From positions 7,068,001 to 7,132,000 of the forward strand of contig OZ024743.1 in NCBI GenBank assembly GCA_964016885.1: DNA of 64,000 nt. Direction: 5' to 3'. The position numbers and the translations under genes are program-made. This DNA is from Eledone cirrhosa (Eukaryota). This document shows positions 1-12,200 of this stretch, one piece after another; positions within the stretch are counted from its first letter, which is position 1; the number at the start of each line of letters is the position of its first letter. The notes under the pieces were generated by a model. That model was not told where the DNA came from. It made no database searches and saw only the letters and a list, made by a program, of their open reading frames with translations.

Positions 1-479
1 GAAAGAAAAAAGAAAAAAGAGTGTGTGTGTGGGGTGGGGGGGTGGGGGGGGTGCAAAAACGACCACTGGATTCTTATTGGTTTATCCCGCATACTCAGAG
101 AAGAAATAATAGTAGTCCATGTATCAATATAACAAAGAGTAAAATTGTCATGATTTCAATTATAAGTCAAACTGTAGATATTCCTATTTTGCCATATTTC
201 TATGCTTTCTTATTCTTGGAAAGGAAGAGGTGGTCTCTTGGTAGTGGTAGCCCTAATGTTTTTAACCTGATACCAAGAGAGGGGTTCTTGGTAGTTGTAA
301 CCCTAAAGTTTTCAACCTGACAGGAAGAGGGGGTTGTGATTTTGTTGATGACTATTTTGTTGATGACTATCTTCTGCATCTGAAAGAAATAACAATGTCT
401 ATGTGATTGTTTGTTGATAACCAGAATGCTCTCACCCATTACTAAATGTTTCTACCTTTTAATCCATTCGCTATTATTC

Positions 480-1056
480 TGCTACTCATGGCAGAGTCAT
501 TAGATCGTCAGACAAATACTTAGCAGTATTTACTTCAACTCTTTACTTTCTGAGTTCAAGTTCTGCCATGGTCAACTTTGCCTTTCATTCTTCTAAAGTT
601 GGTAAAAGTACTGGGGTTGATATAATTGACTTTCTCTTCCCCACTAAATTGTTAACCTTGTGCCAATGTTGGAAATAATAATTATTATTAATATGAGGGT
701 GGTGGATTGGCAGAGTTATTAGAGTGTTGGACAAATGCTTAACAGTATTTGTTCCGGCTCTACATTCTGAATTCAAATCCTGCCAAGATCAAATTTGACT
801 TTCATCTTTTTGAGGTCAATAAAATAAAGTACCAGTCAAGTACTGAGGTTGATATAATCAATTAATCCATACCCACCCAAATTGCTGGTCTTGTGCTTAA
901 ATTAGAAATCATTATTATTATTAACATGGTCTGAGTTCAAATCACGCCGAGGTTAACTTTGCCTTTCATCCTTACGGGGTCGATAAAATAAAGTACCAGT
1001 AATGCACTGGGTAATTGATGGCCTTGTGCCAAAAGTAGAAACAATTATTATTATTA
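480..1056 (+). mobile_element. Three consecutive copies or fragments of a tRNA-derived SINE
   Basis: B-box-like GAGTTCAAATC, conserved core aactttgcctttcatcc...gtcgataaaataaagtaccagt, and an (ATT)n tail, repeated three times. The same family recurs at ~3650-3800 (-), 45850-46030 (+), 47590-47900 (-), 48400-48490 (-), 49341-49438 (-), 57930-58070 (-) and 59710-60060 (-). Confidence 0.75.
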
Positions 1057-1371
1057 ACATGGAATATGTTAGTCCAAGTATGTTAGGTGGCTGGGGATGG
1101 GTACTGTACATCATTAGATCATATATCAACACTATGGGATGAACTATGATAAAATGTAGAGGGGATCAATCAGCCCTATAATATACATACATTTATGTAG
1201 CCTATTGATCCTATTTTCAATAATATATATATGTGTATGTCTCTATTAAATTTCAGACTGTCAACTTTTTACCCTTATTCTCTTTCAAATACATAAATAC
1301 CAAAGGGAAAATACAAGAAATATTTCCAGTATAAAAATAAGAAGAATATATATTTGAAAATTATTACAAAC

Positions 1372-1490
1372 CTTGAATACATCTTTAATTTCAGATGGAG
1401 TAGGGAAGAACTCAGCACCAGCCACATCTATTCCAACAACACCATCATCTTTAAACTCATTGCACAATTCAAGCACTTCCATTGCAGTTT
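1372..1490 (-). CDS. ADA: Adenosine deaminase, coding exon 5 (ETAMEVLELCNEFKDDGVVGIDVAGAEFFPTPSEIKDVFK)
   Basis: tttgtag acceptor and gtttgt donor, 119 nt, in frame with exon 4. VVGIDVAG matches ADA VVAIDLAG. The catalytic HAGE exon was not found in 1-1371, so it lies outside the window. Confidence 0.93.
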
Positions 1491-1697
1491 CTACAAAAAT
1501 TCACATAAATATGTAGATGAGTTATACATTCATAGTACGTATGTATATATGTATAAATGTATGTGTGTGTGCACATATGTATGTATGCAAGGGCATATAA
1601 CTCTTGATAGGGGGGGGGGCATAAGGGCGCCATAGTGACATACAGCATGTATGCCACAAAGCATTCTAATAACTCTGCCAATTTGATACCTGCTCTG

Positions 1698-1728
<31 letters not shown>

Positions 1729-1731
<3 letters not shown>

Positions 1732-2010
1732 TTCCACGCTAGTATGGGTTAGACAGGTTGTCCTGTTGTGGGCAATGTTAGGTCGGGTGACCTTGTCTTG
1801 CTCATATGGGGACTGATTTTGGCTTGATTTCTACAGCTGGATGCCCTTCCTAACACCAACCTCATTTACAGTGAGTGGTGGGTGATTTTTTTCCGTGGTA
1901 CTTACACGTCCACTTTACAGTGTGGACTGGGTGCTTTTTGGTCATGACACCTCCATGACCACTTTGCAGTGGGAAGGGATGGGGGCATATTGTCTATATG
2001 CTTCGGTTTG
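1729..2010 (-). mobile_element. 5'-truncated copy of the RTE LINE 3' UTR
   Basis: Near-collinear with 9286-9560, the 3' UTR of the intact LINE. Confidence 0.85.
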
Positions 2011-2646
2011 TTCTAATATTAGAATACATAAAGACACACTCCAGCTGATATTGTCACATCTGTGAACATACCTACAAAACAAAAGTGGGACTGAAAAGTC
2101 ACCTGCATGCAATGTTCAATTACGAGATGGCACTCTTCTGACAAGTAGCAATCAACATACATATTCACACACACACATGTATATATATATGTGTGTGTGA
2201 CCAAACGATCCACACCCCACACCTCCACCATTTGAGTGTTCCACCACAGCATCCTCTTCCCCACTAATTACCCTGTCATAACTTATTTCCCTCCTTTCAC
2301 CTACCTCCACCACAGAGCAGTGAGGACTCTTCTCTTAGGACATGGATTAACCTGGTACATCCTGTAAGGTGGTTGACTATAGGAAGGGCACCCCGTTGAG
2401 AGAACCCTTCAGTCATGTCATGGCGCGACAACCTCTCTAGTGTTGGTGATCTACAGGATAAATGCATCCAGTACATGCTATAAAGTGGTTGGTGATAGGA
2501 AGGGCATCCAACTGTAGAAAGCTTGTCAAACAAAGGGTAGGGAGGACCTTTCAGTTGTGTCAAGGACATGACATCCTTCCTAGTGTAAAACTTTTATATA
2601 TAATTTTTTACTTATAACACACAAAAAATTTATTAATTGCACTTAC

Positions 2647-2876
2647 CAGGTTTGTTCCTCATACAGCATAAGATAGCCCTAATCTTTATAGAATGTTCTG
2701 CACAACTTGTTTTTAATGTATCTAAAACAATTTTCACAACATCTTTGACAGAAAGATTATTTACTTCATCTGCTAAAATATGAGGAGCAAACCGCACTTC
2801 TGCATAGCAAATATTTTGTTTAGAACAATCTTCACAGAAATCTTTTGTTATCTGTTCAATTGACTGTTTATCACCT
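2647..2876 (-). CDS. ADA: Adenosine deaminase, coding exon 4 (GDKQSIEQITKDFCEDCSKQNICYAEVRFAPHILA...IRAILCCMRNKP)
   Basis: ttttgcag acceptor and gtaagt donor, 230 nt, open frame. Contains YxEVRFxPH and ILCCMR motifs of ADA. Confidence 0.95.
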
Positions 2877-3070
2877 CTGCAAAAGAAATAAAAATACTAT
2901 AAATATGATTATGACTAAATTTAATTCAGAGTTTTGTTGCAAATATTTATAACTTCTGGAACTGAACTTAATTTTTTTTTTATCTATGGGTATTTTGTAA
3001 TATTTCACAAATATTTTCAATGAAAATATAGCTATTTAATAATAGATTATAGTGAGAAATATTTTCTTAC

Positions 3071-3193
3071 TGTATAATTGGGAGGAAGTAATCAAATATA
3101 TCCAACATGGCAACTAAACCATCATTTTTGCACATTGTAATCCTGTCTCTCAACTCTTCTACAGTTTTCTCTTCTAGTGTTATGTTTTTCCGC
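3071..3193 (-). CDS. ADA: Adenosine deaminase, coding exon 3 (RKNITLEEKTVEELRDRITMCKNDGLVAMLDIFDYFLPII)
   Basis: ttttaag acceptor and gtaag donor, 123 nt, phase 2 to 2. Aligns by eye to human [41 protein letters not shown]. Not present in this frame in the ORF track. Confidence 0.92.
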
Positions 3194-4197
3194 CTTAAAA
3201 ATACAAATAAGAATTTTTAAAAATAAATACAAAAGGAAGGATTTTGCATTTTTATCTGAACAATGTTTATGAATTAGAGAAAATATTATTAGTAAGAATT
3301 TGAGGTAATTTAAAAAAAAGATGAAAATTACTTTTTGGATATCCACAAAATTGGGTGAATTAGTTCGATAAGAACATTTTGATTGTAAATGTTTCTGGTC
3401 ACTCATCATCATGTTCACTGTTAATATATTGTCACTGAAATCCAGCTAAATGTTTGTTTATTTCTTCTCTAAGGCCTTATTGTTTACACCTTTTGAAATC
3501 ATCCCTGGTTCTACAATAAGAGGTTAAAGGTCCCATAACTCTTGTGGAGTCGTAGACGCACAGTCATATGGCATATCTAGGGCACTTTTAAACCTGGCAG
3601 AGCCCGACCCTCTTCAGGTCTGAATGCAGCCGATTTTTTCTATAGAGGAAGAGTCAACCCCAGTACTGGACTGGTACTTATTTTATTGACTTCGAAAGGA
3701 TGAAAGGCAAAATTGACCATAGTGGGATTTGAACTCACAGTGTGCAATGAAGTGGGATGAATGCCGTAAAGCATTCTATCTGATGTCTTAACGACTCTGC
3801 CAATAAAACTGTTTATTTCAAAGTGTTTATATTTATCTAAAAACCTTCTACCATAATTTTATATAAGAACCTTTGTTAAGTTTTGTTTCAGTTATTCCAC
3901 TAAATCCCTCAAACAGTGTCTTTCATCGGAAATATGGTAATGAAAGGATTAATACTGTTGATGCCATCAACATTCAGCCTTCTTGCTGAACATAAAAATT
4001 AGATGGGTATCAACAAATATATTTATACACATATACGCAAACAGCGACACCCACCTCATCTTCTTCATAATTTCTTCTAAGTATTCCCTCTAAACATTAT
4101 ACCAAAACCTTTATCCCACAACAGCAACCCTCCCTGCCCATGTCTTTCATAAAGGCATGAATCCACAGATATTCAAGCTGAACATCATGTTTATTGA

Positions 4198-5291
4198 ACT
4201 CATACTGATGTTAAGGTATTGTTCTCAAAATAAATAATATCAAAATCTTGTAGATTCAATATTATGTGAGATAAAGCCTTTACCATGAAAATACAATAGT
4301 AAATATAGAGTAATGTAAATGTTATGTGAGATAAAGCCTTTACTATGAAAATACAATAGTAAATATAGAGTAATGTAAATGTTATGTGAGATAAAGCCTT
4401 TACTATGAAAATACAATAGTAAATATAGAGTAATGTAAATGTTATGTGAGATAAAGCCTTTACTATGAAAATACAATAGTAAATATAGAGTAATGTAAAT
4501 ATTATGTGAGAAAGCCTTTACTATGAAAATACAATAGTAAATATAGAGTAATGTAAATGTTATGTGAGATAAAGCCTTTACTATGAAAATACAATAGTAA
4601 ATATAGAGTAATGTAAATATTATGTGAGATAAAGCCTTTACTATGAAAATACAATAGTAAATATAGAGTAATGTAAATGTTATGTGAGATAAAGCCTTTA
4701 CTATGAAAATACAATAGTATATATAGAGTAATGTAAATGTTATGTGAGATAAAGCCTTTACTATGAAAATACAATAGTAAATATAGAGTAATGTAAATGT
4801 TATGTGAGATAAAGCCTTTACCATGAAAATACAATAGTATATATAGAGTAATGTAAATGTTATGTGAGATAAAGCCTTTACCATGAAAATACAATAGTAA
4901 ATATAGAGTAATGTAAATGTTATGCGAGATAAAGCCTTTACCATGAAAATACAATAGTAAATATAGAGTAATGTAAATGTTATGTGAGATAAAGCCTTTA
5001 CCATGAAAATACAATAGTAAATATAGAGTAATGTAAATGTTATGTGAGATAAAGCCTTTACTATGAAAATACAATAGTAAATATAGAGTAATGTAAATAT
5101 TATGTGAGATAAAGCCTTTACTATGAAAATACAATAGTAAATATAGAGTAATGTAAATGTTATGTGAGATAAAGCCTTTACTATGAAAATACAATAGTAA
5201 ATATAGAGTAATGTAAATGTTATGTGAGATAAAGCCTTTACTATGAAAATACAATAGTAAATATAGAGTAATGTAAATGCTAAAGGGTTAA
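4198..5291. mobile_element. piggyBac-like MITE (left end truncated) containing an expanded 60-bp minisatellite
   Basis: Ends in aaatgctaaagggTTAA. The body matches the complete copies at 32312-32540 and 58966-59168. Confidence 0.75.
4261..5278. repeat. 60-bp minisatellite, 17 near-identical copies
   Basis: Unit ttatgtgagataaagcctttactatgaaaatacaatagtaaatatagagtaatgtaaatg. One copy at 4501 lacks 2 nt. Confidence 0.98.
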
Positions 5292-6319
5292 AGCAGGCAT
5301 GGGCAACCTGTGTCACTCAGGCCATATATATCCCTTACTGATGTTTTGGACTGCACAAGTAAATGTCATGATTATATAAATATGATAATTTTTATTGTGA
5401 CATGATCTTTAAGTGTAACTCTGTTAATTTGAACAATTTTGTTTCTCTGTCTTATTCTCTCATGTTTACTCTCAATGAACATTTGGAAATGCTGGGCAAT
5501 TTTCTGAATTCTCAACCAATGGAAATGTATTACATACAGCAGCAAGCATGTTAAGGCCATTTTAAAGGGGTTAGCCTTATGTGCACCATGACAGGCTTCA
5601 TGCTCCTCATGAGGTCCTTTTTGAAACAATGTCTAACAGCTGGATGCCATTCCTGGTGTCAACCATTTTGGTTGCTTCTTAAAACATGCAGGGAAACATA
5701 CTACAAGCAATGTTATGAAATTATCCTTTTAGCAGTGAGTAGTATTTCATAACGCCTGCAGCATGAGGTAGGTTACTATATCTGTTTTAAGAAAGAGATT
5801 TAGTATATTAATGACAGGCTTATGGCATAAAGAAATGCATTTTATGCTTAGAACGAAGAAGAAACCAATATGTATGTTTAAAAATGGTTCATGTCAAATA
5901 TATTCATATGTAAACTTTTTTTTTTTTCAATGTAATAATTATTGTCTTACCACTGAATATTTTTTTTTTAACATCTGTTACTCTAAATCTATTGTACTGA
6001 AGTTGAAATCTGTATCTTTATATGGGTTTCAAATCACATCATATCTTCATCAGTGAGGAGAAGAGATTTAGATTACATAACAGTTCTATTTATATGCATA
6101 ATTTTTGACTGGTTGCCAACAGTTTAAAAAATAGCAGATTCACCACCAGACTTTTGTCAACAAAATGACTCAAAATGCACAAACAAACAGAACCACTGAG
6201 GAATCTAAATTTCCTTTAGTTGCTGATGAGAATACAACATCTGAAATTGTGGCCATAGGGCAAAGAAATTGACATTTGTTACATTTATTATGCACACGCA
6301 CATTTATATATATATATAT

Positions 6320-6603
6320 AAAGTTATGTTGGTACCACAACATCCAGTCCTAAATAAATGAGGTTGTGTAGGTGTCACGACAAAAAAACACACAGTCCAT
6401 GCTGTAATGTGGCCGTGTAGGTAACACGGTAAAAACCTCCCAGTCCACACTGTAAACGTGGTTGGTGTTAGGAAGGGCATCCAGCCGTAGAAAACCCGCC
6501 AGACAGTCCTATACGAGCAAGACAACCAATCTTGCCTCAAGTGGGAAAACTCCCGTCCAAACCCATGCTAATGTGGAAGATGGACGTTAAACGATGATGA
6601 TGA
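6320..6603 (+). mobile_element. Short RTE-related 3'-end element (subfamily B) with a (GAT)n tail
   Basis: Shares ggttggtgttaggaagggcatccag.tagaaa and ggacgt(t)aaa-(gat)n with the LINE tail. Near-identical copies at 35235-35540 and 63048-63322. Confidence 0.8.
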
Positions 6604-6615
6604 TATATATATATA

Positions 6616-6876
6616 TCATCATCATCATCATTTTACGTCCACTTTTCCCTGCTTGCAAGGGTGGGACGGGAACTGATTCTGGCTTGATTTCTACAGCTGG
6701 ATGCCCTTCCTAACACCAACCTCACGTACAGTGAGTGCTGGGTGCTTTTTTGCACTGGCACCTACACGTCCACTTTACAGTGGAATGATAGGGACTCCAG
6801 TCTCTATCATCTCATTTCTACAGCTGAGTAAACTGGAGCAATGTGAAATAAAGTGTCTTGCTCAAGGAAACAACAC
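6616..6876 (-). mobile_element. Chimeric SINE: SINE central domain plus RTE-LINE-derived 3' tail
   Basis: Head ccttgagcaagacactttatttcacattgctccagtttactcagctgtagaaatgag, shared with the SINE at 45175-45470, joined to the LINE 3' UTR and an (ATG)n tail. Confidence 0.75.
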
Positions 6877-7298
6877 ATATATATATATACATATCCCACC
6901 CTTGCAAGCAGGGAAAAGCAGACGTAAAATGATGATGATAATGATGATATATATGTACATATATATATATATATGTATATATCAAAATGGGTGACTGAAT
7001 ACACATGGGCCTTTTCTAAAAAAGTTGTTTCTGTTCCTCCCTCTTCTCTCTATCTTTCTATTTCATCTTTTATTCCTCATTCTATCTTCTGATGAAAGGA
7101 CTACAGTCTGAAGCATAAAGACTCTTTTCTTACTATATCAAGCTTTAAGCTAATATATTTCTTCATTGTACTGTGTTATTTGCTTTGTTGTTTCTGTTTA
7201 CTTTTGTGTGTGTGTGAGAGAGAGAGAGAGTATAAATCTCTTTGGTAGTGTACAGAATAATATATTGATAAAGTATAATTGTTAGAAATAATAAAACA

Positions 7299-7523
7299 CA
7301 GTTTACTCAGCTGTAGAAATGAGATGATAGAGACTGGGGTCCCTATCATTCCACTGTAGAGTGGTCGTGGAGGTGCCACGGAAAAAAAGCACCCAGCACT
7401 CACTGTAAATGAGGTTGGTGTTAGGAAGGGCATCCAGCTGTAGAAATCAAGCCAGAATCAGTTCCCGTCCCACCCTTGCAAGCAGGGAAAAGCGGACGTA
7501 AAATGAAATGATGAATGATGATG
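7299..7523 (+). mobile_element. Second copy of the same chimeric SINE, opposite orientation
   Basis: Near reverse complement of 6616-6835. Confidence 0.8.
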
Positions 7524-7775
7524 ACAGTTTATCACTTGAGTAAAAATATAATGGTAAAACATTTTTTTAATTTAACACTTTTGTTTTTCATGAGACTGTT
7601 AGAGTAAATTTCTTTATAAAATATCTCTCTATTTCTAGTCAGTACTTTGGATTATCCCTTGAAAATTTATAAGAAGGGAATAATTTGAATTTGCTGTTCC
7701 CTCAAATACAAAATATTTCTTTTTATAAATGTTCAAGGAATAGTTCAAAGAACTGACTAAAAGTGGAGAAATATT

Positions 7776-8277
7776 TGTAGTGACCTACATTCCGAGGGCT
7801 CATGGATACATTCTCCGTTTGTTGTTTGGCTCAGTTCAGCCAATCGCCGCCAGCGTAGGAGAATGTATCTCGACTTCCGCCCCAGAGGGAAAAATTCTTG
7901 CGGTGATTCATAAATCTCTCTCTTGCTGCTTGGACTCTGAAAGGTCAACACACAGTCATGTAATGGTGAGAATTTCACTTTGGCCTGTCAGCCTCCTTAG
8001 GCCTTGGCACAATACCACATTCACTTCTCAACTCTTAGCAATGTCTGTTCTTACTTTGACATGTCACTCAACTTAACTCTTTGTAATTAGTTGTAAATAA
8101 AACATGTAAAAATGTTATCAAAGACTTTACGACTAATTCCACAAACATTCACTTCTCTCTCATTTAACAAAACCCTTACATTTATTGAGTTAACAAAACC
8201 ACACCTTTCCTGTTACAACAAATACACATCATTTTAATTATTCGTATTGATATTCCTATTATATTCATCTTGCTAAA
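7776..8277 (+). repeat. 5' LTR
   Basis: TGTAG...CTAAA (probably a mutated CTACA) followed by the PBS. Contains AATAAA at ~8096. Confidence 0.85.
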
Positions 8278-8278
8278 A

Positions 8279-8294
8279 TGGTGACCCGGACGTG
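8279..8294 (+). other. Primer-binding site, tRNA-Trp type
   Basis: TGGTGACCCGGACGTG matches the canonical tRNA-Trp PBS TGGTGACCCCGACGTGAT at 15 of 16 positions. Confidence 0.85.
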
Positions 8295-9251
8295 GGAACT
8301 AAATGTTCCTTTAAAATAAAAAAAATTAGCAGTATTTCAAAAAATTTCAACACAAGGAGAATATTTTCAAAATGGCTATCACCAAGTACTACTCTACTAA
8401 TGCCATCAGCAGCAGTTGGTGCGGTATAGTGAGACCTTTGTAGTTATACCGCCACAACCACCACCACAACGGATAGCAATCACCTACAGCTTCTGGTAAC
8501 ACATTAACCACTACGGTGACTAGCACAGCTCCGACACGGCTACAATGACAACTTCGGCGGCATCAGCAGCAGCGACAACATTGGTTAACCACTCACCATA
8601 AACAATGCATGGTGAATTTGACTTCGATTCTACTGAAGATTTACTGTGACTTCGCTTCGATAGCAACAACAACAACAATTCTACTAGCTTCCTAGTAAGA
8701 GCGACAATTATCCCAAAGAAAAGAAAAAGTGAACTTTTTGTTAAAAAATCAATTCTTTCTTTACAGGCAATGTTTGGACATTTATTTCTTTTAAACTGTA
8801 TAATATGAAAATTCATTTTTTTTTCTCTATCATTGTATATATGACTGCACACACACATTTTCTTTGCTGTATTACATGCCTGCATATGCACACACATTTC
8901 TTTGTCACACACCAACATGTTGTTGTCTATAGTATATGATCTTCAAGCGTAACAACCTCCATCTTGTTACTTTACCCAACTCACTGGGAAAACAACAAAT
9001 GGAACTGGACCAGTCAGCATTTCCACCATTTCTCCTATGGATTCGCCAGAATTATGGAATTACCATTTCAACTACTACCCACAAACAAATTCAACTTGCT
9101 TTTTTTATTTTCAAAACAACTAGCCATTTTTTCTTGGCTGCCTAGCACTTCCGGCAATTCATCTGGGAGGCCGACAATTTCTTGCCTACCCATCATCTTC
9201 TTGCCAGCTCTGCTACAACATATACCATAATAGCTCCAGCTATACAGCTCT

Positions 9252-12200
9252 CATCATCATCATCATCATCACCGTTTTACGTCCGTTCTTCCACGCTAGC
9301 ATGGGTTAGACGGGTTGTCCTGTTGTGGGCAGTGTCTGGTCGGCTGACCATGCCTTGCTCATACAGGAACTGATCTGGCTTGATTTCTACAGCTGGATGC
9401 CCTTCCTAACACCAACCTCATTTACAGTGAGTGCTGGGTGCTTTTTCGTGGCGCCTACACGTCCACTTTACAGTGTGGGCTGGGTGCTTTTTTGCCGTGG
9501 CACCTCCACGACCACCTTGCGGGGGGGGGGGGGGGGGGGGCATATTGTTTATATGCTTCAGCATGTACCCATGGGAGGTCGGGTACCCTGTATTACTGCG
9601 TGACGCCAGAAGTCACGGTCGTGTGTCATTGACTTTGAGAGGTGTAGTTGGGTAAGGTCGGCTTTTATCACCTCATCCCAAGTCATCTTGGGTCTCCCCA
9701 CTCCGCGGTTTCCATCAACTTCTAGTGCTCTGCACCTTTTTATGCAGCTGTCATCCTTCATACGCATCACATGTCCATACCAGCGTAACCGCCTCTCCTG
9801 CACGCAGCATTTGATTCCTCTTATGCTCAGTCTCTCTCTCAATTCCTTTATGCTTTGTCGTTCACGTATATTACTGTTACACATCCATCGGAGCATGCAG
9901 GCTTCGTTTCTCTCTAATCTACGTAAGTCTTCCACCTTCAGCGCCCAGGTCTCACTACCATGCAACATCGCTGTTCGGATACACGCATCATACAGTCTGC
10001 CTTTCATTTTGAGGGAGAAGCCTTTTGCAGCTAGCAGTGGTAGTAGTTCCCTAAACTTCTTCCATCCCGTTCTTACCCTAGTTATTGTACTTTCTGAGCA
10101 CCCACCTCCGTTGCTAATTCGGTCACCTAGGTAGCAGAAGCTGTCTACTGTTTCTACAGGGCCCTCCCAGAGATTGGTGGTACTTGTTTCCTGTGGCTGT
10201 TTGCTTGCTGTTTCAGCACAGCTGCTGCATGTGAATCCTACATTCTTAATTAAGCTTCCTGAGATCCCGCTACATCTCTTGTGTACCCATTGTTTGCATT
10301 TGGGGCAGAGAATGGAGTTCCTACCTACACCTTTCCTACATACTGAGCAAGGCCATTTCCCTGAGGGGATCTGGGTTCTGTTTTCTCGTCTACTTATAAG
10401 GACCTTAGTCTTTGTCATGTTGACTTTGAGGCCCTTTCTCTCTAGTCCCTGCTTCCAGGTTTGGAATTTATTCTCTAGTTCTACCATAGATTCAGCTATG
10501 AGTGCGAGGTCATCAGCATACAGGAGTTCCCATGGGCATCCGGTCTTAAACTCCTCCGTTATTGCCTGCAGGACTATGATGAACAGGAGAGGGCTAAGAA
10601 CAGAGCCCTGGTGGACCCCAACCTGTACGCTAAATTCCTCGCTATACTCATTGCCAATCCTAACTTTGCTGACTGCTCCCCTATACATGGCTTGTACCGC
10701 TTTCACAAGCCATTCATCTACTCCTAGTTTTCTAAGAGCCCACCAGATTACTGCACGTGGAACTCTGTCAAAGGCTTTCTCAAGGTCGACAAATGCCAAG
10801 TAGAGTGGCTTACTTTTAGCTAGGTACTTTTCCTGTAATTGCCTCACAAGGAAGAGGGCATCAGTGGTGCCTTTCCCTGGTACAAACCCAAATTGCATCT
10901 CGTCTATATTCACCCGGTCCCTAATCAGCTGTGCTATAACTCTTTCTGTTACTTTCATGACCTGGTCCATCAACTTTATACCTCTATAGTTTCCTCTATC
11001 TAGTGCATCGCCTTTACCTTTGTAGCAGTTGACAATGATGCTACTGCACCAATCTTTTGGTATGGCCCCCTCTAGTATTACCTGGTTAACGATACGTGTG
11101 GTTATAGTGTGACCTACAGACCCAGATGCCTTCAGCATCTCGGCAGCTATACCCGATGGACCGGTTGCCTTCCCTATCTTCATATCTCTGATTGCCTTAC
11201 TTACTACGCTGCCGCTGACTTGTACTGCTGGTCCCTCTATAGGGTCTACGTGGGGTAGGGTCTCTTCTTCCCATGCATTCTCCTCATTTAGTAATCTATC
11301 ATAATGACTCTTCCATGCATCTTTCTTCTCAGCACTTGTGAGGGCAAGCTCACCTTTATCATTCCGGATACACTTCTCTCCAATGACATCACAACTATCT
11401 CTGACACACTGCCTCGCAATCTTGAATACCTCCTGTTTCTGGTCCTCACGTTGTAAAACATGCTTGAATTTTCTATCCTCTGCTTCCCTCCTAGCTAAGT
11501 ATACTTGTCGCCTAGCTTCCCTCTTGGTCTCTATGTAATGTACCCTGCTCCCCCCGTTCTTCCATTCTTTCCATGCCTGTCTCTTGGCCTTGACTGCTTC
11601 ATCTACCTTATTGTTCCACCACCAAGTCACTCTCCTCCTGCTTGAGGTCTTACTCCAGCCACAAACCTCATCCGTCGCCTCTAGTAAGTTATTTTTTAGG
11701 AACTCCCAGTTCTCTTCTACGTTAAATGTCTCTATCTGTTCTTCTTTACTGTCGTAGGCGTTGAGTAAAATATCTTTAAATCTGTTACTGGTTGAGGGGA
11801 CTTTCAGCTTCCAGATCTTTCTTCTCCAGGTTGGCCTCTGTTTCAGGGCTCGTCTAGTTCTGACCGTGAGGTCGCTGACAACTAAGCTATGTTGGGATGT
11901 ACATTCCTCACTAGGGAAGGCTTTTGTGTTTACGACCGTCCATCTGTCACGTCCTCTGATGAGGATAAAATCTAACTGACTAGAGTGCTCCCCTGATCTA
12001 TAGGTGATCAGGTGGTTGTCGGGTTTTTTAAAGTTTGTGTTACATATCGACATGTCATTGGCGTCGCAGAATTCTAGAAATCTGAATCCTTCCTCATTCC
12101 TTGTGCCAACTCCATGGCCTCCATGTACTCTATTGAAGCCGTCGCAGTGTTTACCTACGTGTCCGTTAAAATCTCCTGCAATGATTAGGAAGTCCTTGTC

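Noticed and set aside
1-1371. Next ADA exon (HAGE catalytic motif)
   Set aside because: No matching minus-strand exon was found, so the gene continues beyond the left edge.
4240-5316. 358-aa and 250-aa repetitive ORFs
   Set aside because: They are translations of the 60-bp MITE-derived minisatellite, whose unit length is divisible by 3. No evidence of coding function.
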